From the NCBI GenBank assembly GCA_965602015.1, contig OZ271918.1, forward strand, positions 1,728,001 to 1,792,000: a DNA stretch of 64,000 nt, in the 5' to 3' direction. Numbering within the stretch: position 1 is the stretch's first letter; each line of letters begins with the position of its first letter. Both the position numbers and the translations under genes were made by a program. The notes beneath the pieces are model-generated. The model ran no database searches and had not been told where the DNA came from. It was given only the letters and a program-made list of their open reading frames with translations. Below, one piece after another: positions 38,215 through 49,572 of this stretch. Origin of the DNA: Salinispira sp. (lineage in GTDB: Bacteria; Spirochaetota; Spirochaetia; DSM-27196; Salinispiraceae).

Positions 38215-39360
38215 TTAGCCCGGGATATTCACCGTGCAGCGGGAGACTTCAAGATCGACGGCGGGACCCGTACTTGCGCGGTTCCAGCGCTGCACAAAGC
38301 GCTTTCTCGGGGTTATCGATGCTCCCATCCGGGTTTTGTAGTCCATGTGCGGATGGCCGAGATTCCAGAACATAACGCCCCTGTTTTTCAGGTGGTCCGC
38401 AAGAGCATAGAGCTGCAGCTTACCGAAATTATTCCACTCGGGCACTCCCCGGTGGAAAAAACCGCTGAGAGAAGTGTAGGTTTTTCCGATGCTGTACCCC
38501 AATTCGCCGGCAGCCGGATATCGGTGGCTTGTTCCGCCACCCTGCCCGGGTTGCGGGGCTTTTTGCGCATGCAGTATTACAGACCATAGCCTGAAATTCC
38601 GGTCGATACCCCTGGATGTTTCCTCGCTCAAGCGCTTCAAAAGATCGATATAGGGTCCGCACAGCCAGCTTTTGGCGCCCCACACCCGGTTTAGCTGCTC
38701 AACGGCGGGGATTGGATCGTCGATTATCAAAAGTCGGACATCAAGTTCCTGGGCGATTCCCCGTTTCACAATTCGTTTGACAGCAGGGTCCGGACGGAGC
38801 GACTGCCAGTCGAGAACCGCATAGTCCTTTTGCAACTCGGGGATGAGCATCATCCGTCCCTCATCATTGTAGCTTGTTGAAATAAACCCCAGTTTGGCCT
38901 GCCTGCGATAAAAATCCGGGCTCCAGTCATCGCTCCAAAAGAGGTCCTGAGATTCGCCTTCGACAATACGCGTTTGAAGGTCGGGGGTCAGTTCGCGAAT
39001 GTCCAGACGCGGTATGCTGCCCGGGAGACGGAGATTCGACAAATCCCAGGCCAGGCCGCCGTCATCCGGCAGATCCGACGAGATTAACTCGAGCGCCCGC
39101 TGGGCCCGGGGTTGGTGTACCTCCTCAATTTCATTAAGAACCCCGGTTTGCCCCGCAATGCGGAGGCTGCCGGTGCAAACGATGATTGCGCTCTCGGGAG
39201 TGCTGAGGAAGAGGTAGAAAACCCCGGTTTGAGATGTCTCCTTTTTTCCGGGATCCACACTTATCAGGCCAAAAGAACTGCGATGGGTCGGTGCATGGCG
39301 GCGAAGCAGGTCGTCGAGGGCATTGCTGTCAGGGGCATCCATTGGGAAAGTATGCACCAT
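38215..39360 (-). CDS. Leu/Phe-tRNA-protein transferase-like protein with extra N-terminal region
   Basis: WSDDWSPDFY...GELGY...YTSLSGF...GKLQL...WNLG; start uncertain (39360 or 39342). Confidence 0.55.
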   Translation of the reverse strand: MVHTFPMDAPDSNALDDLLRRHAPTHRSSFGLISVDPGKKETSQTGVFYLFLSTPESAIIVCTGSLRIAGQTGVLNEIEEVHQPRAQRALELISSDLPDDGGLAWDLSNLRLPGSIPRLDIRELTPDLQTRIVEGESQDLFWSDDWSPDFYRRQAKLGFISTSYNDEGRMMLIPELQKDYAVLDWQSLRPDPAVKRIVKRGIAQELDVRLLIIDDPIPAVEQLNRVWGAKSWLCGPYIDLLKRLSEETSRGIDRNFRLWSVILHAQKAPQPGQGGGTSHRYPAAGELGYSIGKTYTSLSGFFHRGVPEWNNFGKLQLYALADHLKNRGVMFWNLGHPHMDYKTRMGASITPRKRFVQRWNRASTGPAVDLEVSRCTVNIPG

Positions 39361-39424
39361 TGGAGGTTCAGCCACAAGAACTGAATCGTCGCCCGCTCCG
39401 GCCAATTTTATTATACTGCAAGCA

Positions 39425-40108
39425 ATGACTATTGATGAAATGAAGGTAATTCTCAGCCAGATTAGCTCTACTCCAGGGCGGATAATCGGATCCACGGAAT
39501 ACCGGGCGTCCTCGGTGGTCATCCCCCTTATACCCGGAAAGCGATTAGAAGATTGGCAGATATTGTACGAGAAGCGGGCGGCTCATATACCCCAGGGCGG
39601 CGAGAGCTGTTTCCCCGGAGGCAAGCTCGACCAGGGGGAGAGTCCGTTTGAAGCGGCGTTCCGCGAGCTTGATGAGGAGACGGGAATCACCGAGACCCAT
39701 ATCCTGTTTTCCGGATTCTACGGTACCCTGGTGAATCCCGGTGGCCGGCTACTGTACATCTACTATGCAGGCATTCATCCGGACGTCCAAACCAGGCCGA
39801 ACGAAGAGGTGGAAAAGCTTTTTACCCTCAGCCTGGGACAGCTCCTGGAGGCGGAAATTTCCGAGTACCATATTGCGACGAGCTTCACCAGTGATCCCGA
39901 TGATCGGGGCATTCCCTATAGCCGGTATAATCTGGGCTCTCCCTACCAAAGCTCCTGGAGAGGTGCTGATTTGCCGGTGTACTTTTACGAGGGTATGGAA
40001 AATCTGGTGTGGGGCATGACTGCGAAGATTACCCGGGACTTTGTACAAGACGTGTTTGGCGCAGCGCGTTCACAATCCGCTGGCAAAGCTACCCGGAATT
40101 TGCTCTGA
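39425..40108 (+). CDS. NUDIX CoA pyrophosphatase
   Basis: EKRA..I.Q.GE.CFPGG, RELDEETG, VWGMTA. Confidence 0.85.
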   Translation: MTIDEMKVILSQISSTPGRIIGSTEYRASSVVIPLIPGKRLEDWQILYEKRAAHIPQGGESCFPGGKLDQGESPFEAAFRELDEETGITETHILFSGFYGTLVNPGGRLLYIYYAGIHPDVQTRPNEEVEKLFTLSLGQLLEAEISEYHIATSFTSDPDDRGIPYSRYNLGSPYQSSWRGADLPVYFYEGMENLVWGMTAKITRDFVQDVFGAARSQSAGKATRNLL

Positions 40109-43100
40109 TGAGCACCCGTATGTCGTCGATGGTATGAGTCATTAGGTTTTCGAAATCGGCGATGTCCGATTGATCGAGGCTGTGATCCGTGCGCAGTCTG
40201 CGGTGGAGCTTTTCCGATGCCCGGTAGATTGCCGTAATACCGAGATTTCCACTGGAGCCCTTCATTTCGTGAAAGAGATTCTCGAGTACCTCTGGATTCT
40301 CCCCGGCTTCTTGTAAACGGGTGATAAACGAATCGCTTTGGTCCACGAACATCTCGAGGGCCCGCACGACTACCAAAGGCTCGGCGATTGCCAATATATT
40401 ATCCGGCGAAAGCAGTGCCGTATCGACGCCGTCGGGAAATACAATGCCGTTGATCACCTGTTCGTCCCGGCTCCTGTCCTTGTCGGCATCGCCTTCAGTT
40501 GCCCCGTCCCGCAGGGAAGATGATATCTCGGGATTTTCAGTATCAGGTTTCCATGTCTCAAGGACGCCGAGGATATCAGCCCGGGAGACCGGCTTGGTGA
40601 GGTAGTCGTCCATTCCGGCTTCCCTTGCCTTCTTGCGGTCTTTTTCAAGGGCGTGGGCGGTCAGCGCGATAATGGGAATATTCCGGTGCAGCTCCCCGGC
40701 CTTGCCGCGGCGGATCATCCGGGTCGCTTCATATCCGTCTAGCTCGGGCATCTGGCAGTCCATAAACACCAGGCGGTAGGGATCTGACTTTTCCGCCTGA
40801 CGCAAACTGGCAATGGCTTCAAATCCGTTGCCCGCCACGTCGCAGTGCAGCCCGACGGATTCAAGCAGTTCACGGGTCACCAGCTGATTTATTTGATTGT
40901 CTTCCACAAGCAAAATGCGGAATTCCGCGGGCCAGGGACTGATGCTTGCCTGACGCCCGGATTCCCGTACAAGACTGCTCATGTAGCTTCGGGTGATAGT
41001 CGGTTTTTTTATCTCACCCGGACCGGTTTGACTGTCCCGCCCTATCAGGATAGACAGCATATCTTCCAGTTCATCGGGAACAACGGGCTTACTTAAAAAC
41101 CCGTCGCAGCGGCAGAGCCCGTCTTCCGGGTAGTTTGCCCCGACGGAGGTGAGCAGGACGAGCTTGAGATGCAAATGGTCAGGGCCTTTTATCTCTTCCA
41201 ATGCGCGGCAGAAATCCTCACCGGTAAAACCGGGCATGTTCATGTCCAGAAGAACAAAATCGAAAGGCTCGCTTCCCTCTTCCAGTTCCCTCAATGCGTT
41301 TTCCGGTCGGGAAAAGGACTCGGCGATTCCCCCCTGCCGTTGGACGAATTCCTCAAGGATTTCAAGGTTAACCGGATTATCATCCACAATAAGAAATCTC
41401 AGCCCGTCCAGGGGTACCCGATAAAAATGCCTGACCTCATTCCGGGGCAAAGCGAGTTCGAGGGTGACGGTGAAATTGCTTCCCTTTCCGATTTCGCTGG
41501 ACACATCAATATCGCCGTTCATCAGGTCGACCAGACGGCGGGTAATTGCCAGCCCCAGTCCGGTGCCCCCATAGCGCCGACTTGTAGACGCATCCACCTG
41601 TGTGAACTCGTCAAAAAGCCTCTCCAGGCCTTCATCGGGTATTCCGATTCCCGTATCGAGGACGGAAAACGAAAGCCTGATTGCATTGTCCTGGGTTTTA
41701 TCGGATCTCACCGAAACGGTTACCTGACCTTCGGTGGTGAACTTCACCGCATTGCTCACCAGGTTTGCGATTATCTGCCGTATTCTGGTGGGATCGCCGT
41801 TTACCGCCCGCTCATGCACCTCCCTGAGATCGAGAATGAGCTCTAGACCCTTTTCATCGGCCCGAAACGCCAGAGCCCGTATGCTCTCTCCGAACAGCGA
41901 CGGCAGGTCAAAATCATAGGTTTCCAGCTCCATGCGCCCCGCATCGATCTTTGAAAAATCAAGGATATCGTTGATTATAGTCAGCAGGGCTGCGGCGCTT
42001 TCCTCGGCCACCCGGACCTTGTGTTCCTGTTCGTCCGTCAACGTGCTGTTATGCAACAGACCCAGCATACCCATCACCCCGTTCAAGGGTGTTCGAATTT
42101 CATGACTCATCGTTGCGAGGAAATCGCTTTTTGCCCTGGCGGCATCCTCGGCATCGAGGCGCGCCTCCTCAAGCTGGTGCATTGCGGCGCGCTGATCGCT
42201 GATATCAATTAACACGCCGTCAATATGTCGCTGTCCTCCGCCATAATCACCCACAACGGTGCCCTGGTTTTTAACCCATCGAATCTCACCGCTTTTGTTG
42301 ATAATCCGGTACTCGACAGAAAAATCCGAGAGACCGTCCCCTACCGCAGCCAGTGCGCGTACCAGTCGATCCCGGTCGGCGGTAAATATAAGGGAAACCG
42401 GGTTGAGCGACTGGTTTGAGTAAAACTCCTGGGCAGAATAGCCAAACAGCTTTTCCGCGCGATCCGATATGAACAGCACGGTCAAGCGCTCGTCGTCGAT
42501 GCATCGGTAAACCACTCCGGGAATATTGGCAACAAGGGTGCGAAAGCGGCGCTCGTTTTCCGTCAGGAGACGCAATTGCTCCTGATTTTCATCGAGCATC
42601 TCATTAAACGATTGGGCGAGAATTCCCAACTCGCTTTTGCTTTTTACCTGTACCCGGATGTCCCGCCTTCCCATGCTCACCTGGTGAGCCAACTCGTTGA
42701 GATTTAAAATAGGCGCCACAATATAATGGGATACTGAGATTGCGGCGAGAACGGTGAACAATACCGCTGCAAGACCTGCGATGCTGATCAAGCGGTAAAA
42801 ACCGTATAACAGCTCGAGGGCGCTGGATTGATCGACGACGCTTACCTGGGCCCAGCGAATCCCCGGGAGAATCAAGGGAGCCACAACAGAAAGTTGAGGC
42901 TCTCCTCGCTCGTTCTGATAGGGAATCGCAAAGCTTTCACCGGGTCCGAGATTAGTGAACAGATTGTTATCCTGAAGAATTCTTCTCAGCTGGGCGGGGA
43001 TATCGGTGGTAAGAATGCTCTCCCGCTCTCCCCCGGGCAGAACCCGGTACCTCCCGTCCGAACCGGCGATAAAATGAGCAATTTCCGGGTCTCCGGAATT

Positions 43101-43775
43101 GCCAAAGAAATCAACCAGGTCATCCAGCCTCAATTGAATTGCCGCCGAACCGATGTAGCGGCCAGATTCGGAAAACAGGGGCGTAACAATAAAGTTGGCC
43201 AGAATATCGGCGGAGGGACGGTAGCGCTCAACATCTGAGAGGATGATTCGTTTTTCCAGAAGATTTCGGGCAAAGGCCTCGGCAAATAGGGTTCGGCTAT
43301 AGGGCCCGTAAAGCAGATTAGTCCCCAAATCCGCCTCTCCGGCCATGGTAAACAGAATGTTGCCCCGATAATCAATATAGAAAATGTCGTATATCATCGG
43401 CGTGAATTCCCAAATGGACGCTAATTCCCGTCTCAGATTTTCCGTCGCCGGGAGGTATGACTGAGATTCGACGAACTGCCCCAGGGGTAACCCGCTGTTT
43501 TCGTAGGCAGCTGATAGTTGCTCAAAGCCCGCACGTCGCAGAGCTGAGCCGCTGATGATATTCAGGTCGCCGATGCGCTCGGAAAACCAATCCCGCACAT
43601 GCTCGGCGGTGAGGAGCGAGGACTCCCGGAGTTTCTGCTCGGCCTGGGTGCGCAGAGCATCGCGGGTTTGAAAACCCGCGACCAGCGAGAGAAAGAAAAG
43701 AGGCGTCAATCCGATCACAATAAACCACAGGCTGAGGCTCACGGCAATCGGGCGGGTCCCTCGCCGCCGTTTCAT
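40089..43775 (-). CDS. Hybrid sensor histidine kinase (Cache-HAMP-PAS-HisKA-HATPase-REC-REC-Hpt)
   Basis: MSHEIRTPLNG, DTGIG, GGTGLGL, two REC, HEMKGSS. Confidence 0.93.
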   Translation of the reverse strand: MKRRRGTRPIAVSLSLWFIVIGLTPLFFLSLVAGFQTRDALRTQAEQKLRESSLLTAEHVRDWFSERIGDLNIISGSALRRAGFEQLSAAYENSGLPLGQFVESQSYLPATENLRRELASIWEFTPMIYDIFYIDYRGNILFTMAGEADLGTNLLYGPYSRTLFAEAFARNLLEKRIILSDVERYRPSADILANFIVTPLFSESGRYIGSAAIQLRLDDLVDFFGNSGDPEIAHFIAGSDGRYRVLPGGERESILTTDIPAQLRRILQDNNLFTNLGPGESFAIPYQNERGEPQLSVVAPLILPGIRWAQVSVVDQSSALELLYGFYRLISIAGLAAVLFTVLAAISVSHYIVAPILNLNELAHQVSMGRRDIRVQVKSKSELGILAQSFNEMLDENQEQLRLLTENERRFRTLVANIPGVVYRCIDDERLTVLFISDRAEKLFGYSAQEFYSNQSLNPVSLIFTADRDRLVRALAAVGDGLSDFSVEYRIINKSGEIRWVKNQGTVVGDYGGGQRHIDGVLIDISDQRAAMHQLEEARLDAEDAARAKSDFLATMSHEIRTPLNGVMGMLGLLHNSTLTDEQEHKVRVAEESAAALLTIINDILDFSKIDAGRMELETYDFDLPSLFGESIRALAFRADEKGLELILDLREVHERAVNGDPTRIRQIIANLVSNAVKFTTEGQVTVSVRSDKTQDNAIRLSFSVLDTGIGIPDEGLERLFDEFTQVDASTSRRYGGTGLGLAITRRLVDLMNGDIDVSSEIGKGSNFTVTLELALPRNEVRHFYRVPLDGLRFLIVDDNPVNLEILEEFVQRQGGIAESFSRPENALRELEEGSEPFDFVLLDMNMPGFTGEDFCRALEEIKGPDHLHLKLVLLTSVGANYPEDGLCRCDGFLSKPVVPDELEDMLSILIGRDSQTGPGEIKKPTITRSYMSSLVRESGRQASISPWPAEFRILLVEDNQINQLVTRELLESVGLHCDVAGNGFEAIASLRQAEKSDPYRLVFMDCQMPELDGYEATRMIRRGKAGELHRNIPIIALTAHALEKDRKKAREAGMDDYLTKPVSRADILGVLETWKPDTENPEISSSLRDGATEGDADKDRSRDEQVINGIVFPDGVDTALLSPDNILAIAEPLVVVRALEMFVDQSDSFITRLQEAGENPEVLENLFHEMKGSSGNLGITAIYRASEKLHRRLRTDHSLDQSDIADFENLMTHTIDDIRVLIRANSG

Positions 43776-43856
43776 ACATCCCTCCTCATTGTGTATTCGA
43801 AATACCCAGTACAATGCTCTATTATTATAGTACTACAGCCATCCAAGGGGGGCGAA

Positions 43857-44315
43857 ATGAATCGCCAGCTCATGCTCCATATATTATTAGCGCTTTCCTC
43901 AGTCGTGCTCATGTCTTGCGCCGGCGTCTCTTCAATTCCTGAACCACAGAGGGACTTCCCTCTTCGTGATACCCAATGGATACTTGAATATATTGAATAC
44001 GGCAGCGGTACCCGGCTGGCGCCGGCGGAAGACGAGGAGTACCGGCTTATTTTCGGCAGCGATGACCGGCTGTCGGGAACCGTGTACTGCAACGCCATAA
44101 GCGCCGCATACTCGGCAGCCGGCGGCGAGCTGTTTGTCGGGCCGATTGCCATAACCCGGGCTCTCTGCCCCCCCTCGGCGGTTGAACCGGTGTTTCTCGC
44201 CGGACTTAACAATATGACAGCCTATACAATTCGACAGGATCACCTCATCATTACTCCGGCCAATTACGACTGGACCATGGTGTTTTTTGCTGAGACAGTC
44301 GCGGAATCACCCTAG
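43857..44315 (+). CDS. META-domain (HslJ-like) lipoprotein
   Basis: Lipobox LMSC, CN, GPIAITRALC. Confidence 0.8.
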   Translation: MNRQLMLHILLALSSVVLMSCAGVSSIPEPQRDFPLRDTQWILEYIEYGSGTRLAPAEDEEYRLIFGSDDRLSGTVYCNAISAAYSAAGGELFVGPIAITRALCPPSAVEPVFLAGLNNMTAYTIRQDHLIITPANYDWTMVFFAETVAESP

Positions 44316-45026
44316 CTGGTCGGCAGACGTGGCTATTACCGTCCAACAGTTTTCGCCGTCACCAAAAGATACCCATTGCCCGCTGGTTTTCCACATATAG
44401 GAGTTCAGAGCGCAGAGAACCGAATCTAGGCGGTCCTCGAAATTTTTGTACTCCCGGGGGCTGAGGCCGTCAGAGCTTTGTGGCAGTTCGGGCAGGTCGC
44501 CCAGACCGACATGTTCCAGCTGCTCGAGCAGTAGCTGTGCTTCAGCTGTGCAGGATTGGGTATTCCGTCCGGATTTGAGCTTGTACGCCAGGGGATATCT
44601 GCCGGGAAACAGACCGGCAAGGATTCCCGTGGGAAAGGTTTCGCATAGCCTCTCCCCGAGGGTCATACCCTCCCGCCCCTTCAGCAGCGAAGCCAGCTGC
44701 TCGCCGCGAATGCCGCCGTAACGGCGCTGCATGAAGTCCCTCCCGGTTGCAAAAACCTTGAGCTTGTGCCCGTGAAAGCTCCAGCGCATAAGTTGAGAGT
44801 CGCAGGGCCTGCCGCCTGTTTTGTTCGGTACCACCAGGGGGCTGTCGATTGAGAGGGCAGCAATGGAGCTGTACCCCGCAAGGATTCGAATCAGGTCGTC
44901 ATCGCTGTACGCCGATGCGCTGCAATGACGGACCGTCTTGCTGCTGTCCATTACGCAAATTCCGCTTTGCCCGCCGGATGTCCAGGCTAAATCTATTCCC
45001 GCGTAGAATGGGGCGCTCTTGTCCAT
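44307..45026 (-). CDS. DUF429 family (RNase H-like fold)
   Basis: GIDLAW, IDSPL, ETFP, EDRLDSVLCA. Confidence 0.8.
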   Translation of the reverse strand: MDKSAPFYAGIDLAWTSGGQSGICVMDSSKTVRHCSASAYSDDDLIRILAGYSSIAALSIDSPLVVPNKTGGRPCDSQLMRWSFHGHKLKVFATGRDFMQRRYGGIRGEQLASLLKGREGMTLGERLCETFPTGILAGLFPGRYPLAYKLKSGRNTQSCTAEAQLLLEQLEHVGLGDLPELPQSSDGLSPREYKNFEDRLDSVLCALNSYMWKTSGQWVSFGDGENCWTVIATSADQLG

Positions 45027-45144
45027 ACCGTGAAACTACTGCTGTGGACATCATCAAGCAAGGGACGATGGGTTTTTCTTGCCCGTTATATAAAGTGGGT
45101 CTATGATTAAAATTAACTACTAAGGTAGTAATAGGAGATGATCA

Positions 45145-46722
45145 GTGAATGCCATCGAAACCGCCGGTATTTCCCATCCAAAAGCCTATCGGAACCTGCC
45201 AGCGGCAAAACTGTACGAGTATGCGTTGAAATACGAAGAGGGTTCTGCAATAACAGCCCAGGGAGCGCTGACCGTGCGCTCCGGTGAAAAGACCGGACGG
45301 AGCCCGAAGGACAAGAGAATAGTCGATAATCCGCAAAGCAGCGGCGATATCTGGTGGGGAGAAATCAACCGGGCCCTGGATGAACGGGTTTTTATGATCA
45401 ACCGGGAACGGGCAATTGATTACCTCAATACCCGGGAGAGGATATTCATTGTCGACGCCTACGCGGGCTGGGATGTGCGCCATCGAATAAAGGTCAGAAT
45501 AATCTGTGAGCGGGCTTACCATGCCCTGTTCATGTCGAACATGCTAATCCTGCCGGGCGATGATGAACTGGAGAACTTCGGGGAACCGGACTTTACCCTC
45601 TATAATGCGGGGAAGTTTCCCGCAAACCGCTATACCAGCGGAATGACCAGCAAGACCAGCGTGGACATTAATTTCGAGCGGGGGGAAATGGTCATTCTCG
45701 GTACAGAATACGCCGGAGAAATGAAAAAAGGCGTTTTTACCATCATGAACTACCTGATGCCCAAACGCGGCATGCTATCAATGCACTGCTCTGCGAATCA
45801 GGGCAACGGGGGAGATGTATGTCTGTTTTTCGGCCTATCAGGAACCGGCAAAACGACCCTTTCGGCAGACTCGCGCCGGCAACTCATCGGCGACGACGAG
45901 CACTGCTGGACCGCCGAGGGCATATTTAATATCGAGGGCGGCTGTTACGCCAAATGCATCGATCTGGATGAGAAAAAAGAACCGGAGATTTATTCCGCAA
46001 TACGATTCGGGTCGGTATTGGAGAATGTGGTGTATGACTCCATGCACCGGACTGTGGATTACTCGGACGACAGCATTACGCAGAACACCCGATGCTCGTA
46101 TCCCATACGCTACATAGCAAATGCGAAGATACCCTGCCTCGCCGGGCATCCCGACAACATTGTTTTTCTCACCTGCGACGCGTTCGGGGTTATTCCGCCG
46201 GTAAGCCGCCTCAACCCCGAACAGGCCATGTATCACTTTATTAGCGGCTATACTGCCAAAATCGCCGGAACCGAGCAGGGAATATCCGAGCCGCAGGCGA
46301 CCTTTTCAGCCTGCTTCGGCGCGGCCTTCATGGTCTGGCATCCGCTGCGCTACGCCGAACTTCTGGCACGGTACATCGAAGAACACCACACCCGGGTGTG
46401 GCTGGTTAGCACCGGTTGGACCGGCGGAGGCTACGGAGACGGTTCGCGCATCCCCCTTGAAACCACCCGGACAATAATTTCGGCGGTTCTCGGCGGGACC
46501 CTGGAGCATGCCCCGGTCCGGCGGCATCCGGTTTTTGGTTTCGATGTGCTGACACACATTCCGGATGTTCCCGATTCGATGCTGTGGCCCGAGGAAAGCT
46601 GGAAAGATAAAACGGCATACGCCAAGGCTGTAGATCATTTGGCAACGCTGTTTATTCAGAATTTCACTGCATACGAGACCGAGGGAAAGACTGCCCTCGC
46701 CGCGGCCGGCCCGAGACTATAG
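45145..46722 (+). CDS. pckA: Phosphoenolpyruvate carboxykinase (ATP)
   Basis: TGRSPKDK, FGLSGTGKTTLS, LIGDDEH, FNIEGGCYAK. Confidence 0.97.
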   Translation: MNAIETAGISHPKAYRNLPAAKLYEYALKYEEGSAITAQGALTVRSGEKTGRSPKDKRIVDNPQSSGDIWWGEINRALDERVFMINRERAIDYLNTRERIFIVDAYAGWDVRHRIKVRIICERAYHALFMSNMLILPGDDELENFGEPDFTLYNAGKFPANRYTSGMTSKTSVDINFERGEMVILGTEYAGEMKKGVFTIMNYLMPKRGMLSMHCSANQGNGGDVCLFFGLSGTGKTTLSADSRRQLIGDDEHCWTAEGIFNIEGGCYAKCIDLDEKKEPEIYSAIRFGSVLENVVYDSMHRTVDYSDDSITQNTRCSYPIRYIANAKIPCLAGHPDNIVFLTCDAFGVIPPVSRLNPEQAMYHFISGYTAKIAGTEQGISEPQATFSACFGAAFMVWHPLRYAELLARYIEEHHTRVWLVSTGWTGGGYGDGSRIPLETTRTIISAVLGGTLEHAPVRRHPVFGFDVLTHIPDVPDSMLWPEESWKDKTAYAKAVDHLATLFIQNFTAYETEGKTALAAAGPRL

Positions 46723-46728
46723 GCCGGT

Positions 46729-47718
46729 CTATGGACGGCCCCGTGAATAGGAAGACTCATGGTGGAGCACCAGATCGGGAAACAGCTGTTCAACCCGTCG
46801 TAGCTGGGAGGGGTTGTAATCAGCAAGCAGCGAAGGATCGCTTATTCGGTGGAAGTCATGTCCGTCAAATCCATAGAGGCCCAGATATTCGGCATAGCGG
46901 CTTATGCCGGAAATATCCTGGTTTCTCATCATTTCGTTCAGGACGGCGTCGGACAAGCGGGATGTCGCCTGGGACAGATATTCCCGGTCAAGGCTATCTG
47001 TGGAGGCAACCAGCTCGGGCGAACTTCTTTCGGGGTTATATATCCTGATCGATTGAAGAAGCCTGATAAGATGGTCGGAAAAAATCGGGTCGTACCGGGT
47101 AATGATAATTTGGATCATGACGTTTCCGTGACGGCGAATAAACAGATAGGTCGCCGCTTCGGCAATGTCCCGAAGGATTAGCTCTCTGCGCCGAAAAACG
47201 GAAAATCTGTGGCGGGTCCCGCTCTCCCTGATGACGGGGGCCAGTTCCCCCGTCGGGTAAAAGTCGAAACCCTGGCGCCGGTAATCCGCCACCGTCCGCG
47301 CCACGATAAAATCATGGCTTGAATCGCCCACATTTCTCAGGCGTATCTGAACTTCCATTCCCCGGTTAAATTCCGGCATAAAATACAGACGAAACCATTC
47401 CCTGCCCAGGATGGCGAAGTTATAGTCCCCCTGCTCAACATTTGAACCGGCATACGCCATGCCCGGCACCAGATCAAGCTCAAAGCCCACCTCCCCGTTG
47501 ATGTAACCGCTGGGCGTGACGGTTCCGCCGGCAAAGCGATTTTCCACGGCGCACAATATCCTGAAGCTAAGCGCCGCTGCCATACCCAATGCGGCGAATA
47601 TTGTCATGAAGGTGTACAGGCGCTTTATCCGCCGTTTCTGTCTGTCCCGTCGGTTTTCCCTCATAGGCCGGGAGATTACACCAGGAAAGCGGATAGCGCA
47701 ATGCGGGTTTCGGGACAT
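46729..47718 (-). CDS. Hypothetical membrane-anchored protein
   Basis: Single N-terminal TM; fills the gap between pckA and the MCP; start uncertain. Confidence 0.55.
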   Translation of the reverse strand: MSRNPHCAIRFPGVISRPMRENRRDRQKRRIKRLYTFMTIFAALGMAAALSFRILCAVENRFAGGTVTPSGYINGEVGFELDLVPGMAYAGSNVEQGDYNFAILGREWFRLYFMPEFNRGMEVQIRLRNVGDSSHDFIVARTVADYRRQGFDFYPTGELAPVIRESGTRHRFSVFRRRELILRDIAEAATYLFIRRHGNVMIQIIITRYDPIFSDHLIRLLQSIRIYNPERSSPELVASTDSLDREYLSQATSRLSDAVLNEMMRNQDISGISRYAEYLGLYGFDGHDFHRISDPSLLADYNPSQLRRVEQLFPDLVLHHESSYSRGRP

Positions 47719-47781
47719 TGGGTTGAATCTGTACCGGCCGATATTTTTTTGAACTATACTGGATGAGAGGAAGGTGATCTG

Positions 47782-49422
47782 ATGAACAAAATCGCAGGCA
47801 TTTATGCTGGGTCAAGTTATGAAATACGCCTAAAAGCCCCTATAGCAGCAGCCGTCGAGGTCGGGGTCGCCCTTCTTTTATTACCCTTAGCGCTTATCCA
47901 GTTTGCCGAAGATTCGGCGATTCAGGGTATCGCAATACTCGTGCTGGCGGGGGTGTTTATATTTACCCTCGTGCTACTTCTGAGGGGCCGCTACGACCTC
48001 TCGGTGCGGGTATTCAATGCTTCGGCGGCAACGGTGATGATTCTCAATCAATTTGTGCTTCAGGGCTACAGCAACGCTCTGACCTTTGCGCAGTTCGCCC
48101 TGCTTCAGCTCGCATTGCTGAGCCTCATTGCGCTGCTTATCCGCCAACGCTCGATATTCCGTCTCTACATTGTTCTCGCAGTGCTCAGTTTCTGGGGGTA
48201 TGTATTATTCGTGGTTGTAAGCGGTCAGTCGGCCCGGGTAGATATGCCATTTGTCAGTCAGCTCGATGTGGCGGGATTCACTCATACCCTGGGAATAATA
48301 GTTCTGTACCAGATGAAGCGGGTATTCGATTTGGTCACCCAGGATGCCGAAAGCCAGTTTGCGCAGAGCGAAAAGCAGCGGCAGGCGATGGACGGCATCA
48401 TGCGTCAGGCAGCGGCACAGCTTGAAGGGACTCTGGGATTAAAAACCGAGGCCGAATCCGCGGAGGCATCGACCCACCAGATTAACCGCAGGGTCGAGGA
48501 TATCGGCGCCCAGGTTGAACGATTACATACGATTTTCACAGATATGATGGAAGCCCTCAAGGACATCGGGGCCAATATGGACACCCTGTCAGACCGGGCC
48601 CAGGAGCAAAGCGCTAACGTCACCGAGTCCAGTGCGGCCATCGAACAGATGGTCACTTCAATAAACAGCGTGGCGGGAATCATAGACCAGCGGAAGGCCA
48701 GCGTTGAGGCCCTGCAGCGCACCGCAGACAGCGGAACCGAAACAATCAAGCGTACCGAGAACTCATTCAACGAGGTGGTAAACAAGATTACCAACATACG
48801 GGAAATTACTAGCCTAATAAGCGGAATAGCCGCGCAGACCAACCTCCTGGCCATGAATGCGGCCATCGAGGCGGCCCATGCCGGCGATGCGGGCCGGGGT
48901 TTCGCCGTAGTGGCGGACGAAATCCGCAAGCTCGCGGAAAATTCTTCGGTAAACGCCAAGAGCATCGCGGATAATCTGAAGGAACTGATTTCCAGCATAG
49001 AAACCGCCGGAGGCCAGGTGGCAGACACCGGAGATTCATTTTCGGAGATCCAGGCCGAGGTAAAGCAGGTAGCCGACGCCATGGACGAGATTTTCTCCAG
49101 CACCCAAGAGCTCAACAGCGGCAGCGGAGAGATACTCAAGGCTACGGCGAACCTCAGCGGTCTGACCACGAATGTCCTCGATTCTGTCGGAGAGGTGACC
49201 CGGGACAACAAAATTATCGCTTCAAATATTGAACATGGGGGAAGCGTCGCCGGAGAACTCAAGGTTGAGGCCGCTGATATTTCCCGGGAAAGCGAAAGCA
49301 TTGTCCAGGCGGCTACCAAAATTCTCGCAATGGCTCAAATCCTGACCCGACAGTCCGAAGCGCTGAATGATCACATGACAGCAGAGGACCATGAACCGGT
49401 CACCGAGGTTCAATCGCCCTAA
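47782..49422 (+). CDS. Methyl-accepting chemotaxis protein with multi-TM sensor
   Basis: About 6 [37 protein letters not shown]. Confidence 0.95.
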   Translation: MNKIAGIYAGSSYEIRLKAPIAAAVEVGVALLLLPLALIQFAEDSAIQGIAILVLAGVFIFTLVLLLRGRYDLSVRVFNASAATVMILNQFVLQGYSNALTFAQFALLQLALLSLIALLIRQRSIFRLYIVLAVLSFWGYVLFVVVSGQSARVDMPFVSQLDVAGFTHTLGIIVLYQMKRVFDLVTQDAESQFAQSEKQRQAMDGIMRQAAAQLEGTLGLKTEAESAEASTHQINRRVEDIGAQVERLHTIFTDMMEALKDIGANMDTLSDRAQEQSANVTESSAAIEQMVTSINSVAGIIDQRKASVEALQRTADSGTETIKRTENSFNEVVNKITNIREITSLISGIAAQTNLLAMNAAIEAAHAGDAGRGFAVVADEIRKLAENSSVNAKSIADNLKELISSIETAGGQVADTGDSFSEIQAEVKQVADAMDEIFSSTQELNSGSGEILKATANLSGLTTNVLDSVGEVTRDNKIIASNIEHGGSVAGELKVEAADISRESESIVQAATKILAMAQILTRQSEALNDHMTAEDHEPVTEVQSP

Positions 49423-49499
49423 AAAGGTCTGACTTGGCTTTCCCTAAGCCTTCGCCGTCCGATAGTTCCCTATTTCTTGTATTTTCTCGATGGTTTTTA

Positions 49500-49554
49500 T
49501 TGACAGGTGTAATTTTAACTTATATATTTAGTGCACTACAACACTAGTACACTA
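49500..49554 (+). promoter_or_regulatory. Promoter plus YtrA/GntR-type operator
   Basis: TTGACA-17-TATATT, then TAGTGCACTA-N6-TAGTACACTA inverted repeat. Confidence 0.75.
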
Positions 49555-49572
49555 ATTTATTAGGAGTCAATA

